DNA of 64,000 nt from an uncultured Spirochaetales bacterium (GCA_949289575.1 CASEOG010000004.1:6053-70052); one strand, 5' to 3'; positions 9,140 through 18,740 are shown, counted from the first letter of the stretch. Numbers and translations: made by a program. Notes: generated by a model not told the origin, from the sequence alone.

Positions 9140-9413
9140 CATCATCTGCAATAACTCCATTTTTGAAGATGTGCAGGAAATTCTTTTGGAATTGCAGGTT
9201 AAAGCGTACACGAAAATCGAAAACGTCCACGGCGTCGGAACAGAAGGACAAAAGTGGGGAGACGCCGTCTGGCCGCAGGAGAACTTTATTTTGACAATTT
9301 ATTGTCCGATCGATGAAGTTTCCAAAATTGTCGATAACTTTCGTGATTTGAAAACCCGTTTTCCGACCGAAGGACTCAAGTTGTTTCTTTCGGATGCTGA
9401 AATGCTTTTATAG
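9126..9413 (+). CDS. small P-II-like (DUF3240/P-II fold) protein, translationally coupled to the RND permease
   Basis: GTG at 9126 preceded by AGGAGG (9114-9119). The start lies inside the last 14 nt of the RND gene. The sequence VKRIDIICNNSIFEDVQEILLELQVKAYTKIENVHGVGTEG follows the P-II beta-alpha-beta pattern. Confidence 0.55.
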   Translation: MKRIDIICNNSIFEDVQEILLELQVKAYTKIENVHGVGTEGQKWGDAVWPQENFILTIYCPIDEVSKIVDNFRDLKTRFPTEGLKLFLSDAEMLL

Positions 9414-9421
9414 GAGAGAGA

Positions 9422-10150
9422 ATGCATAATTCGATTTTGTTCGTTGCTCCCGATTCGGAAAAGCGGCAGCAACTGTTTAAAGCTTTATGGGGCGCCGGAT
9501 TTTCGGTACGCTGTTTTTCGAATCCGAACGACGTGCTGAATTCGGTATGGAATGATCCGCCGTCTCTGATTCTGATTCAAAATCAGGCAGAGACGTTCGA
9601 TTCCGTTCATTTCGTATGCGAAATCAGAAAAATATCGACGGTACAGATTGTTTTAATGCTTTCCGATTTGGAAGAGTGCGGAGCCGCCGAAGCATTGCAG
9701 GCCGGAGCCGATTCTCTTTTACCGTGGAAAATTGCACCGTCTCTTTTTCTCGAGTGGATTAAAGCTCTGTTTCGCCGGATTTCTTATTATCAGAACGGCA
9801 ATGAGGAAGGCCGTATCTTCTTTCGGGGTTTTGTTTTTCATGAGAAGGGACGTTATCTGGAATATCATCAGCAGAAAATCAGGATGGCCGATAAAGAATT
9901 CGATGTTTTGCAGGTCCTTTTGAAAAATGCCGGGAAACAGTTGAGCTCCAAATATATATATTCTCAGGTGTGGGGCGAAGTGTTCGGAGATATTTCGACG
10001 GTAGGTGTTCATATCAAGCGAATCAAACTGAAGCTTGCCCAATATGAAACCTATCCCTTTATTTCCAATATTTATAAAGCCGGATATGTGTTTGATAAAA
10101 AATGTCTGGATACGGGAATCCCCGATCCTTCGGAAAAAGAATTTCGTTAA
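9422..10150 (+). CDS. atypical OmpR-family response regulator (degenerate receiver lacking the phospho-acceptor Asp, plus winged-helix DNA-binding domain)
   Basis: 242 aa. The C-terminal trans_reg_C signature is present (VWGE...TVGVHIKRIKLKL...AGYVF). The N-terminal receiver-like fold has LILIQNQ where D-containing LxxDxxMP is expected and only a single acidic residue in the beta1 loop. Confidence 0.65.
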   Translation: MHNSILFVAPDSEKRQQLFKALWGAGFSVRCFSNPNDVLNSVWNDPPSLILIQNQAETFDSVHFVCEIRKISTVQIVLMLSDLEECGAAEALQAGADSLLPWKIAPSLFLEWIKALFRRISYYQNGNEEGRIFFRGFVFHEKGRYLEYHQQKIRMADKEFDVLQVLLKNAGKQLSSKYIYSQVWGEVFGDISTVGVHIKRIKLKLAQYETYPFISNIYKAGYVFDKKCLDTGIPDPSEKEFR

Positions 10151-10273
10151 ATTCATCCGAATCACTTGTCATCAACCGTTTTTTGTGTTAAAGCATAGTT
10201 ATACGGAGGTGCGTTATGAAAAAACTTTTTTTCTTTCCTCTCCTGTTCTCCCGGTAACGGGTTATTGATATTT

Positions 10274-10307
10274 AAGAGAGGCTTCGGCCTCTTCTTTTCT
10301 TTTTTTT
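10274..10307 (+). terminator. rho-independent terminator-like hairpin between the regulator gene and glyA
   Basis: AAGAGAGGC-ttcg-GCCTCTT stem followed by CTTTTCTTTTTTTT. It ends 1 nt before the glyA RBS AAGGAG. Confidence 0.5.
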
Positions 10308-10322
10308 AAAAGGAGCGTAAAC

Positions 10323-11831
10323 ATGTCGGTCTTGGATTACATTAAGGAAAAAGGTGCCGAAAACGTAACCGAAGGAATGATTGCCTATTGGGCATCTCTG
10401 GAAAAAGTGGCGGAAGTGGCGCCGAATGTCGCTTCGTCGATTGTCAAAGAGCTGGAGTCTCAACGGTCGTATCTGAAACTGATTGCCAGCGAGAACTTTT
10501 CGTCACTTTCGACGCAGCTGGCAATGGGCAACCTGTTGACCGATAAATATTCCGAAGGAATCCCGTATCACAGATTTTATGCGGGATGCGATAATGTCGA
10601 CGAAATCGAAGCGTATGCGGCCGAACAGGCGTGTAAGTTGTTCGGAGCCGAACACGCATACGTCCAGCCTCACAGCGGGGCCGATGCCAACCTGTGTGCT
10701 TATTGGGCCATTTTAAACGAGAAGATTCAGATGCCGATGCTCGAAGAGTTCGGAGAAATGAATCCGTCCAAACTGACTCAGGCCGATTTCAATAAAATCA
10801 GAGAAAAGTGCGGAAATCAGCGCCTTATGGGGTTGGATTACTATTCCGGCGGTCACCTGACTCACGGATACCGGTCGAATGTTTCCGCTCAGATGTTCGA
10901 GGCATATTCGTATACGGTCGACAAAGAGACCGGTCTGCTTGATTATGATGCCATCGAAAAACAGGCTCTGGAAATCAAACCTTTGATTCTTCTTGCCGGG
11001 TATTCGGCTTATCCCCGTCTGATTAATTTCAAACGCATGAAGGAGATTGCCGAAAAGGCCGGAGCCGTCTTTATGGTTGATATGGCTCACTTTGCAGGAC
11101 TGGTCGCCGGAGGGGTTCTGACCGGTGAGTATAATCCCGTGACTTATGCCGATGTGGTGACAACGACAACACACAAAACTTTGCGCGGTCCCCGCGGCGG
11201 TCTGGTTTTGTGTAAAAAGGAGTTTGCCGAATCGGTTGATAAAGGATGTCCTCTCGTAATCGGCGGACCGCTGCCGCATGTGATGGCCGCGAAAGCGATT
11301 GCCTTTACGGAAGCCAACAGCCCCGCTTACAGGCAGTATGCGGCGAACATTGTGAAAAATTGTCAGGCGTTTGCCAAAGCCTGTATCGATTTGGGAATGA
11401 AGGTGGCGACCGGCGGTACCGATAACCATCTTTTCCTGATTGATGTGACCGGCTACGGTCTGAACGGACGTCAGGCGGAAAGTGTTGTTCGCGAATGCGG
11501 GATTACGTTGAACCGCAACGCACTGCCTTTCGACCCGAACGGCCCCTGGTACACCAGCGGACTGCGGATCGGAACGGCTGCCGTAACGACATTGGGAATG
11601 GGTGAAGCCGAAATGAAAGAAATTGCTTCTATTTTCGATTTTGTTCTTTCGCAAACAAAACCTGCCGAAATCACCACCGGAGAAAAAGCGGGAACGCAGA
11701 GCAAAGCAAAATATACGGTTGCGCCGGAAGTGGTCGGCGAAGCCCGGAGCCGCGTTAAAGCCTTGCTGGACCGTTTCCCGGTTTATCCCGAATTGGATCT
11801 CGATGCGTTAAAAAAACGCTTTTGCTGTTGA
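10323..11831 (+). CDS. glyA: serine hydroxymethyltransferase (long form)
   Basis: 502 aa. Hallmark PLP-lysine octapeptide TTTHKTLRGPRGG. N-terminal ...LIASENFSS.... It has insertions and a roughly 60-aa C-terminal extension relative to ~415-aa SHMTs. Confidence 0.9.
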   Translation: MSVLDYIKEKGAENVTEGMIAYWASLEKVAEVAPNVASSIVKELESQRSYLKLIASENFSSLSTQLAMGNLLTDKYSEGIPYHRFYAGCDNVDEIEAYAAEQACKLFGAEHAYVQPHSGADANLCAYWAILNEKIQMPMLEEFGEMNPSKLTQADFNKIREKCGNQRLMGLDYYSGGHLTHGYRSNVSAQMFEAYSYTVDKETGLLDYDAIEKQALEIKPLILLAGYSAYPRLINFKRMKEIAEKAGAVFMVDMAHFAGLVAGGVLTGEYNPVTYADVVTTTTHKTLRGPRGGLVLCKKEFAESVDKGCPLVIGGPLPHVMAAKAIAFTEANSPAYRQYAANIVKNCQAFAKACIDLGMKVATGGTDNHLFLIDVTGYGLNGRQAESVVRECGITLNRNALPFDPNGPWYTSGLRIGTAAVTTLGMGEAEMKEIASIFDFVLSQTKPAEITTGEKAGTQSKAKYTVAPEVVGEARSRVKALLDRFPVYPELDLDALKKRFCC

Positions 11832-11872
11832 CTGTTTTGACTTTTTATGTTAAATAATTAACAGGATCTTTG

Positions 11873-11904
11873 AAAAAAGAAGTCGTTTTTCGACTTCTTT
11901 TTTT
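11873..11904 (+). terminator. rho-independent terminator after glyA
   Basis: AGAAGTCG-ttttt-CGACTTCT hairpin followed by a T7 run. Confidence 0.6.
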
Positions 11905-11909
11905 GTATC

Positions 11910-12365
11910 GTGAGGTTAATTTTGGAAAAGAGAGATGAAAACCGGGAACCCGATTCCGTTATCAGACCTGTGTGTGAAGCGCTTCATCTTCGGCTGATAG
12001 ATGCGGCCATGAGAAAAAGCGGAAACACGGTCGATTTCTCGATTGTTATCGATAAAGACGGCGGCGTGTCGACGGAAGACTGTGCCGCTCTTCATCAGAC
12101 CCTTTTTCTGAAATTACAGACTCTTTACAATAAAGATATCGGTCTGGAGATTTCATCACCGGGATTGGATCGCCTGCTGAAATATGAGGATGAATTCCCG
12201 CTGTTTAAAGGCCGTCGTGTCCGCTGGCTTCAAAAAGGAGAAGCCGATTACCTTACGGGAATGATTGTCGGAATGACAGACCGTATTGTTGTGTTTCAGA
12301 CAGATGCCGGAGAAGAAAAAGAGGTTTCTGTTGATGATATATTAAAAGCGAAACTAAACGGATAG
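11910..12365 (+). CDS. rimP: ribosome maturation factor RimP
   Basis: RimP-like N-terminal domain (LHLRLIDAAMRKSGNTVDFSIVIDKDGGVSTEDCAALHQTL). The start is uncertain: GTG 11910, or TTG 11922 which has a GAGG RBS 6 nt upstream. Confidence 0.75.
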   Translation: MRLILEKRDENREPDSVIRPVCEALHLRLIDAAMRKSGNTVDFSIVIDKDGGVSTEDCAALHQTLFLKLQTLYNKDIGLEISSPGLDRLLKYEDEFPLFKGRRVRWLQKGEADYLTGMIVGMTDRIVVFQTDAGEEKEVSVDDILKAKLNG

Positions 12366-12374
12366 GAGTAAGAA

Positions 12375-13856
12375 ATGTCTCAAAAGTTCGGAGAAGTTCT
12401 TCGTAATTTGGCGAAAGAAATGGGGATTTCGGAAGATTTAATTAAAAAGGTCACGGAAGAGGTTTTGTTGACTGCTTATAAAAAGAATTACGGCACTGTC
12501 GATAATGCCGAGGTTCGTTTTAATGAGGAAGCCGACGGCTGGGTTCCGACGCTCTATTCCCGGAAAGAAGTTGTCGAGGATGTTTACGAAGAGGTCAAAG
12601 AAATCGAATTGGATGAAGCGAAGAAGCTTGAACCCGAAAGCGAAATCGGAGATACTCTTTTTATCGAAGTCGATCCTCTGATAGATTTCGACTATTCTGC
12701 CGTTCAGGCTGCCCAACAGAAAATGAAACAGCTGATACGTGATATCCAGAAAGACTCTCTTTATTCCGAATTTAAGCAGAAAGAGGGACAGCTGATTATC
12801 GGTTATTATCAGAGAGAAAAGAACGGAAATATTTTTGTCGATCTGGGGCGCATTGAGGGTGTTCTTCCCAAAAAATTCCAGTCTCCGCGCGAGATATACA
12901 AGCTGAACGACAGACTGAAATGTTATGTTTACGAGGTTTCGAAGGCCGGACCGCACGTTTCCATCACTCTTTCGAGAACCCACTCGGAATTTGTTCAGCG
13001 TCTTTTCGAAAACGAGATCCCCGAACTGACGGACGGAAGTATCGAAATCAAAAATATCGTTCGCGATGCCGGATTCAGAACAAAAATGGCGGTCTATTCC
13101 CGCCGCAGCGACATCGACCCTGTCGGTTCCTGCGTCGGATTAAAAGGTGTACGGATTCAGGGAATTATTACCGAATTGGAAGGCGAGCGTATCGATGTTG
13201 TCCGCTATGACTCGGACCCCAAAAAATATATCGCCAATGCACTTTCACCTGCTTCTCCCGAAGCCGTTTATATTTTGGACGATCATGCAAAAACAGCTCT
13301 TGCCGTTGTCAAGGAATCGCAGCTCTCTTTGGCTATCGGCAAACAGGGACAGAATGTCCGTCTGGCCAACCGGCTTGTGGATTGGAATATTGACGTGAAG
13401 ACCGAAGAACAGTTTGCCGAAATGGAACGTTCTCCCGAATTGCGTCAGGCAGTCGAAAGTCTTTTCAATCAGGCCGATGAAATTCAGAATATCCGCGAAC
13501 TGTCGGAAATACCCGCCCGCATTGCCGATATTCTGGCTTCCCACCGGATCGAAAAAATCGAAGACCTGATCAGTCTGAGCGATGAAGCGAAGGCGGAAAT
13601 TACCGAAATGAGTGCCGACGACTGGGATACGGTCGACAGGGTTCTTTCCGAGTCGGTTGATATTGTCGAAAACGAAGAAACGGAGATGCCCGCACAGGTT
13701 GAAGCCGGAGAAGCGGTTACGGGCGGGGAAGAAGAGGTTGAAGAGGTCGAAGTTTACGAATGTCCCGAGTGCGGACATGAAATTACTGCCGATATGACGA
13801 CCTGTCCGAATTGCGGTGTCGGATTGAGTTTCGAATACGAAGAAGAGGAAGAATAA
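12375..13856 (+). CDS. nusA: transcription termination/antitermination factor NusA, with acidic C-terminal tail ending in a C4 zinc ribbon
   Basis: 493 aa. NusA N-terminal domain, S1 and KH domains (LAIGKQGQNVRLANRL). C-terminal ...EEVEEVEVYECPECGHEITADMTTCPNCG. Confidence 0.9.
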   Translation: MSQKFGEVLRNLAKEMGISEDLIKKVTEEVLLTAYKKNYGTVDNAEVRFNEEADGWVPTLYSRKEVVEDVYEEVKEIELDEAKKLEPESEIGDTLFIEVDPLIDFDYSAVQAAQQKMKQLIRDIQKDSLYSEFKQKEGQLIIGYYQREKNGNIFVDLGRIEGVLPKKFQSPREIYKLNDRLKCYVYEVSKAGPHVSITLSRTHSEFVQRLFENEIPELTDGSIEIKNIVRDAGFRTKMAVYSRRSDIDPVGSCVGLKGVRIQGIITELEGERIDVVRYDSDPKKYIANALSPASPEAVYILDDHAKTALAVVKESQLSLAIGKQGQNVRLANRLVDWNIDVKTEEQFAEMERSPELRQAVESLFNQADEIQNIRELSEIPARIADILASHRIEKIEDLISLSDEAKAEITEMSADDWDTVDRVLSESVDIVENEETEMPAQVEAGEAVTGGEEEVEEVEVYECPECGHEITADMTTCPNCGVGLSFEYEEEEE

Positions 13857-13867
13857 TCGAGAAACAT

Positions 13868-16507
13868 ATGGAAGAAGAGAACAAAAAGAAAACTTTGCTT
13901 GTGAAAAGCGTTCCCAGTGAGGAAAAACCCGCGGCAGCTCCCGTTACCGTGAGGAAAAAGGTTGTCAAAATCAAGGTAGCTTTAAAAAAGGATACGGCAG
14001 CGACGGGAGAGTCTTCGGGTGAAACAGCTGTTCCCGTATCTGCGGGAGAGACAGCTGCGGTTCGTGTCGAACCCAAAGCGACGGCCGCTCCTTCGGAAAA
14101 TTCTTCCGCACCGAAAATTCAGGCTGCCGGGTCTTCTCAAGAGGAAAAATCCGGAGAAACGGCTTCTTTCTCCGCAAGAACGGCGACCGTCACACGCAAA
14201 CCGGCAGAACCGGCGGCTCAGGCCTCTTTCTCGCGGCCGAAAACAAACCCCGACTATTTCGGTTTCGGACCGTCCCGCAACGGCAATCGGGACCGTAATT
14301 CGGACGGCAGAAGCGGGTTCGGTAACCGCGGTCCCGGACGTTACGACGGAGGGAGCCGCTTCGGAAACGGACAGGAGAGATCCGGTTCCTTTCGGACCGG
14401 CGAGAACGGCGGACGCTTCGGCGGTCAGAACGGATTTCCCCGCAGCGGATCGCCGTCGGGAGGCAACCGCTTTTCCGATCGCAACGGCGGCAGAAGCGGT
14501 GGTTTTGCATCGGGAACTCCCGGACGAACGGGCGGCGGTAATCGGCCTTTCGGCGGAAATTCTTTCGGTTCCCGTCCTTCGGGCGGCGGACCGGCGGCTC
14601 TGCCTCAAAAGAAGGTTAAAAAATTCTACACGAAAGGCAAAAATAAAGAAGAAGAAAGACGCGAACAGGAAGAAATTCTTTTCAGTCTGAAAGCCAAAAA
14701 GGAGAGCGTCAAAACCAATTCGGTTCCCAAAGAGATTAATATTTTGGATGCGATTACGGTTTCGGAACTTGCCAAAAAAATGAATCTCAAAGCCTCCGAT
14801 CTGATCGCCAAACTGATGTCGATGGGAATGATGTGTACAATCAACGATCAGCTGGATGCGGATACGGCGTCGATTCTGGCCGATGAGTTCGGATGTAAAG
14901 TCAATGTCGTATCGCTTTACGACGAAACGGTTATCGAATCGCAGGTTATCGACGAATCGAAAATGGTGAAGCGCCCGCCGATTGTGACCGTTATGGGACA
15001 TGTCGACCACGGAAAAACACGGCTGCTGGATGTCATTCGCGAATCGAATAAAATCGATACCGAGTCGGGGGGCATTACACAGCATATCGGTGCCTATAAA
15101 GTCACGCTGCCCGGAGATCAGGAGATTGTTTTCCTCGATACACCCGGACACGAGGCCTTTACATTAATGCGTGCCCGCGGAGCACAGATTACCGATATTG
15201 TCGTTCTCGTTGTGGCTGCCAACGACGGTGTGATGCCTCAAACCGTCGAAGCGATTAACCACGCAAAAGCGGCGGGTGTTCCCATTATCGTGGCTGTCAA
15301 CAAAATGGATTTGGCCGATGCCAATCCCGATCGAGTCAAACAGCAGCTTTCCGAGCACGGACTGGTTCCCGAAGACTGGGGCGGCGATACAATTTTTTGC
15401 GAAATTTCGGCGCTGAAGAAGACGGGAATCGACAATCTTCTCGAAAACATTATTCTGCTTTCGGAAGTGCTTGAACTGAAAGCCGGTCTCGAATGCCGGG
15501 CCGAAGGAACCGTTCTGGAAACCCGTGTCGATAACGGCCGCGGTATTATATCGACCGTTATTATTCAGCAGGGTGTTTTAAGAACCGGAGATCCCTTTGT
15601 GGCGGGCGTCTATTCCGGAAAAGTCAGAGCGATGTTCAGCGACTCGGGAAAGAAAATCAAAGAAGCGACTCCGGCAACACCGGTCGAAATCATCGGTTTC
15701 GACGGGATTCCCGATGCGGGTGTGCCTTTCACCGTCACCGAAAGCGAAAAAGAGGCCAAAAACATTGCCCAGAAACGTCAGGAACTGGAAAAAGCAATCG
15801 AATCGAAAAATCTGAAAAAGATCACTCTTGATAATCTCTACAGCACATATAAAGAAGGGAACCTTCCCGAGCTGAAAGTGATTATTAAGGGAGATGTTCA
15901 GGGATCGGTTGAGGCGATCCAGGCGGCATTGGAAAAATTGAGCAACGACGAAATCCGTCTTCACGTTATCCATACCGGAGTCGGTGCGATTGTCGAAAAC
16001 GACGTCAATTTGGCCATGGCTTCCAATGCGATTATTATCGGTTTCCATGTTCGTCCGATTCCCAAAGCAGCGGCGATTGCCGAGGAGAAAAAAGTCGAAA
16101 TCCGGAAATACAGTATTATTTACGATGTTGTCGAAGATATCGAGCTTGCCCTGGAGGGAATGCTGAGCCCCGAATACGAAGAGAAACTGCTCGGATCTCT
16201 TGAAGTACGGGATACGTTCCGGGTTCCGAAAGTCGGTATAATTGCCGGCTGTCATGTGACTTCCGGTGTCGTGAAGAGAAACGGTCGGGTTCGTCTGTTC
16301 CGCGATAATGTCGAAATTTATTCCGGAAAAATTGCCTCTTTAAAACATTTCAAAGACGATGTGAAGGAAATGAAAGAAGGTTTCGACTGCGGTCTCGGAA
16401 TTGAGAACTGTCAGGATATTCAGGTGGGCGACGTGATTGAGGCCTATGAAATGGTTGAAATCAAACGCCATCTCAAGTCTGCCGACGAAAAAGGGAAAAA
16501 GGCATGA
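13868..16507 (+). CDS. infB: translation initiation factor IF-2
   Basis: G domain ([26 protein letters not shown]). Start set at ATG 13868 (MEEENKKK) just after the nusA stop. The N-terminus is a Gly/Arg/Asn-rich low-complexity region. Confidence 0.85.
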   Translation: MEEENKKKTLLVKSVPSEEKPAAAPVTVRKKVVKIKVALKKDTAATGESSGETAVPVSAGETAAVRVEPKATAAPSENSSAPKIQAAGSSQEEKSGETASFSARTATVTRKPAEPAAQASFSRPKTNPDYFGFGPSRNGNRDRNSDGRSGFGNRGPGRYDGGSRFGNGQERSGSFRTGENGGRFGGQNGFPRSGSPSGGNRFSDRNGGRSGGFASGTPGRTGGGNRPFGGNSFGSRPSGGGPAALPQKKVKKFYTKGKNKEEERREQEEILFSLKAKKESVKTNSVPKEINILDAITVSELAKKMNLKASDLIAKLMSMGMMCTINDQLDADTASILADEFGCKVNVVSLYDETVIESQVIDESKMVKRPPIVTVMGHVDHGKTRLLDVIRESNKIDTESGGITQHIGAYKVTLPGDQEIVFLDTPGHEAFTLMRARGAQITDIVVLVVAANDGVMPQTVEAINHAKAAGVPIIVAVNKMDLADANPDRVKQQLSEHGLVPEDWGGDTIFCEISALKKTGIDNLLENIILLSEVLELKAGLECRAEGTVLETRVDNGRGIISTVIIQQGVLRTGDPFVAGVYSGKVRAMFSDSGKKIKEATPATPVEIIGFDGIPDAGVPFTVTESEKEAKNIAQKRQELEKAIESKNLKKITLDNLYSTYKEGNLPELKVIIKGDVQGSVEAIQAALEKLSNDEIRLHVIHTGVGAIVENDVNLAMASNAIIIGFHVRPIPKAAAIAEEKKVEIRKYSIIYDVVEDIELALEGMLSPEYEEKLLGSLEVRDTFRVPKVGIIAGCHVTSGVVKRNGRVRLFRDNVEIYSGKIASLKHFKDDVKEMKEGFDCGLGIENCQDIQVGDVIEAYEMVEIKRHLKSADEKGKKA

Positions 16508-16872
16508 ACGGACATCGGCCGGAACGGGTTGAATCACTGATTGCGGAAATTGTCGGTTCGATGCTTGTGTCGGGAAAATTAAAAGACCACCGGATTTCGC
16601 CTTTTGCGACCGTCACCTACGTGAAGGTCTCTTCCGATTTTGCGTATGCGAAAATCGGTATCAGCTGTTTCGACGGACAGCAGAAAGCGAAAAAGAGTGT
16701 TGCCGGTCTCAATTCCGCAAAAGGAATCATTCAGGCGGAACTGGCCCGAAAGATGAGGCTGCGCAACACTCCCGTTCTGACCTTTCTGGCGGATTCCTCT
16801 CTGGAAGAAGGTTATCTCATTAATAAAAAAATCGAGGAACTATTGATTGAATCGCCTGTTTCTGATAAATAA
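16504..16872 (+). CDS. rbfA: ribosome-binding factor A
   Basis: 122 aa. RbfA-like KH fold (RVESLIAEIVGSML...). ATGA overlap with the infB stop. Confidence 0.8.
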   Translation: MNGHRPERVESLIAEIVGSMLVSGKLKDHRISPFATVTYVKVSSDFAYAKIGISCFDGQQKAKKSVAGLNSAKGIIQAELARKMRLRNTPVLTFLADSSLEEGYLINKKIEELLIESPVSDK

Positions 16873-17716
16873 AGAGAGTGGGGTGACCTCTTTTCAGACG
16901 GTCTCCCGTGTTCGTAGAAAACTGAAAATAAAAAAAACCGGGCACGCCGGAACGCTGGATCAGTTTGCTTCCGGGTTGCTTTTGATTTTAACAGGTCGGT
17001 ATACGAGGCTTGTTGAATATTTTACGGATTTTGACAAAGTTTATCGTGCGACTTTCGAATTCGGAAAAGAAACGGATACTTTGGATCCCGAGGGACGGGT
17101 GATTGCCGAATCCGGGATTCCGCCCCTTTCCGAAATCGAAACCGCTCTTCCTTCTTTTTTCGGTAAAATATCCCAACAGCCTCCTCAGTATTCGGCCGTC
17201 CATATCGACGGTGAACGGGCTTACCGCCTGGCTTTGAAAGGACGGGAAGTCGAAATGCCTTCGCGCGAAATCGAGATTTTCGACTGGAAGATTCTCGATT
17301 ACCGGCCCCCGTTTCTCGAAGTGCAGATTCACTGTTCCAAAGGAACGTACATCCGTTCTTTGGCACGCGATTTGGGACGGGCCTGCGGCAGTTGTGCCTA
17401 TGTTACCCGGCTGGAACGGCTGGCGGTCGGCGGCTTTTCGCTCTCCGATGCGGTGACGGTCGATGCCTTAAGCGAATCGGGAGAGGAAGGTCTGAGAGAC
17501 GCCTCTTTGGCGGCGGGAGCCGGCTTCCCGGTTCTTTCGATTAAAGAGGTGTTTGCAGCCGATTATTTTAACGGGAAACCGATTGCGGCACATTGGTTCG
17601 ATACGGAAGCCGCCCCGGGGCTTTTTGCCGTTTTTTGCCGGGATCGGTTTGCGGGAATGGTCGAAAAAACCGAGACGGGATTTTTCCGTTACCGGTTTGT
17701 TCTGGCGGAAGAATGA
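16847..17716 (+). CDS. truB: tRNA pseudouridine(55) synthase TruB
   Basis: GVTSFQTV...KTGHAGTLDQFASGLL motif containing the catalytic Asp. TTG start overlapping rbfA. Confidence 0.85.
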   Translation: MNRLFLINKESGVTSFQTVSRVRRKLKIKKTGHAGTLDQFASGLLLILTGRYTRLVEYFTDFDKVYRATFEFGKETDTLDPEGRVIAESGIPPLSEIETALPSFFGKISQQPPQYSAVHIDGERAYRLALKGREVEMPSREIEIFDWKILDYRPPFLEVQIHCSKGTYIRSLARDLGRACGSCAYVTRLERLAVGGFSLSDAVTVDALSESGEEGLRDASLAAGAGFPVLSIKEVFAADYFNGKPIAAHWFDTEAAPGLFAVFCRDRFAGMVEKTETGFFRYRFVLAEE

Positions 17717-18450
17717 AGATTACGGAATGGGACCGATTGCGTCCGGCAGCAGATCCGGTACCGGCAACCGTCGTCATCGGGGTCTTCGACGCTTTTCACC
17801 GCGGCCACCAAACGCTGACGGCCGCCGCTTTTGCCGAATCGGGGGAGGCCGTTCGGGTCGCCGTCACCTTCCGGGTGATGCCGCCGGGAAAAGGCAAACC
17901 GGTTTATCCGTTTCGAATGCGGTTGGCCGATTTGGAAGCCGCCGGGTTCGACGAAGCGGTTGTGATCGATTTTAACGCACGGTTTGCCGCGCTTTCGGCC
18001 GAACGGTTTTTCCGGAAGCTGACGGCCGCGTACCGGATCGACCGGCTGACTGTCGGTGCCGATTTCCGCTGCGGGAACGGCCGGGCGACTGCGGTTGCCG
18101 ATTTGGAACGGCTGCTGCCCCAAACCGCGGTGCAGGCGGTGATGCTGACCGGCGGAGCGGAACAGAAAGTGTCGGCAAGCGATATCCGCCGTTTTTTGGC
18201 GCAGGGACGTCCGGAGGCGGCCGCGGCGGTTTTGGTCAGACCTTACCGGCTGCCGATGCGGCTGACGGGAAAACGATGGGGTATCCGGCGGCGGTGCGGG
18301 TTGACGGTTCTGGCCGACGGCGTTTACGAAGCGCAGGTTGCCGGCGAAAAAATGAGAATCGGGGTGAAGGGGGCCCTGATTCGAACAGATCGGGAGTTAT
18401 TGGTGAAAAAGCCAATCGAAATAATTATTTTGTCGAGATATAAGGAGTAA
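17713..18450 (+). CDS. ribF: bifunctional riboflavin kinase / FMN adenylyltransferase
   Basis: N-terminal adenylyltransferase motif VVIGVFDAFHRGHQ. ATGA overlap with truB. Markedly GC-rich and Ala/Arg-rich. Confidence 0.8.
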   Translation: MKITEWDRLRPAADPVPATVVIGVFDAFHRGHQTLTAAAFAESGEAVRVAVTFRVMPPGKGKPVYPFRMRLADLEAAGFDEAVVIDFNARFAALSAERFFRKLTAAYRIDRLTVGADFRCGNGRATAVADLERLLPQTAVQAVMLTGGAEQKVSASDIRRFLAQGRPEAAAAVLVRPYRLPMRLTGKRWGIRRRCGLTVLADGVYEAQVAGEKMRIGVKGALIRTDRELLVKKPIEIIILSRYKE

Positions 18451-18453
18451 AAC

Positions 18454-18723
18454 ATGGCATTGACAAAAGATCAGAAACAGGACATTATCGCGAAATTCGG
18501 CGGAGATGCGAAAAACACCGGTTCCACGGAAGTACAGATTGCTCTGATGACCGAGCGGATCAGAGATCTGACCGAGCACTTCAAGCTCAATCCGAAAGAT
18601 CACAATTCGCGCCGCGGACTGCTGCAGTTGGTCGGAAAACGCCGCCGTCTGCTGCGCTACTACAAAAGAGTCAATCTGAACGGTTACCGTGAACTGATTG
18701 CCAAACTCGAATTAAGAAAATAA
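18454..18723 (+). CDS. rpsO: 30S ribosomal protein S15
   Basis: 89 aa, [16 protein letters not shown]...[22 protein letters not shown]... is canonical S15. Confidence 0.95.
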   Translation: MALTKDQKQDIIAKFGGDAKNTGSTEVQIALMTERIRDLTEHFKLNPKDHNSRRGLLQLVGKRRRLLRYYKRVNLNGYRELIAKLELRK

Positions 18724-18740
18724 TCTAAAGAAGGTATTTT

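Noticed and set aside
10151-10322. ZTP (pfl) or other riboswitch upstream of glyA
   Set aside because: glyA is a known ZTP-riboswitch target in some phyla. The conserved pfl motif blocks (e.g. CCGCCUGGGCA pseudoknot partner, GGGUCGUGAC) are not present in this leader. Only a simple hairpin plus T-run is seen.
13811-13867. Upstream extension of infB to 13811 (overlapping nusA by 46 nt)
   Set aside because: Codon 13811 is TTG and the extension encodes a basic low-complexity peptide (RCRIEFRIRRRGRIIEKH) inside the acidic tail and zinc ribbon of nusA. The ATG at 13868 directly after the nusA stop gives a conventional IF-2 N-terminus (MEEENKKK).
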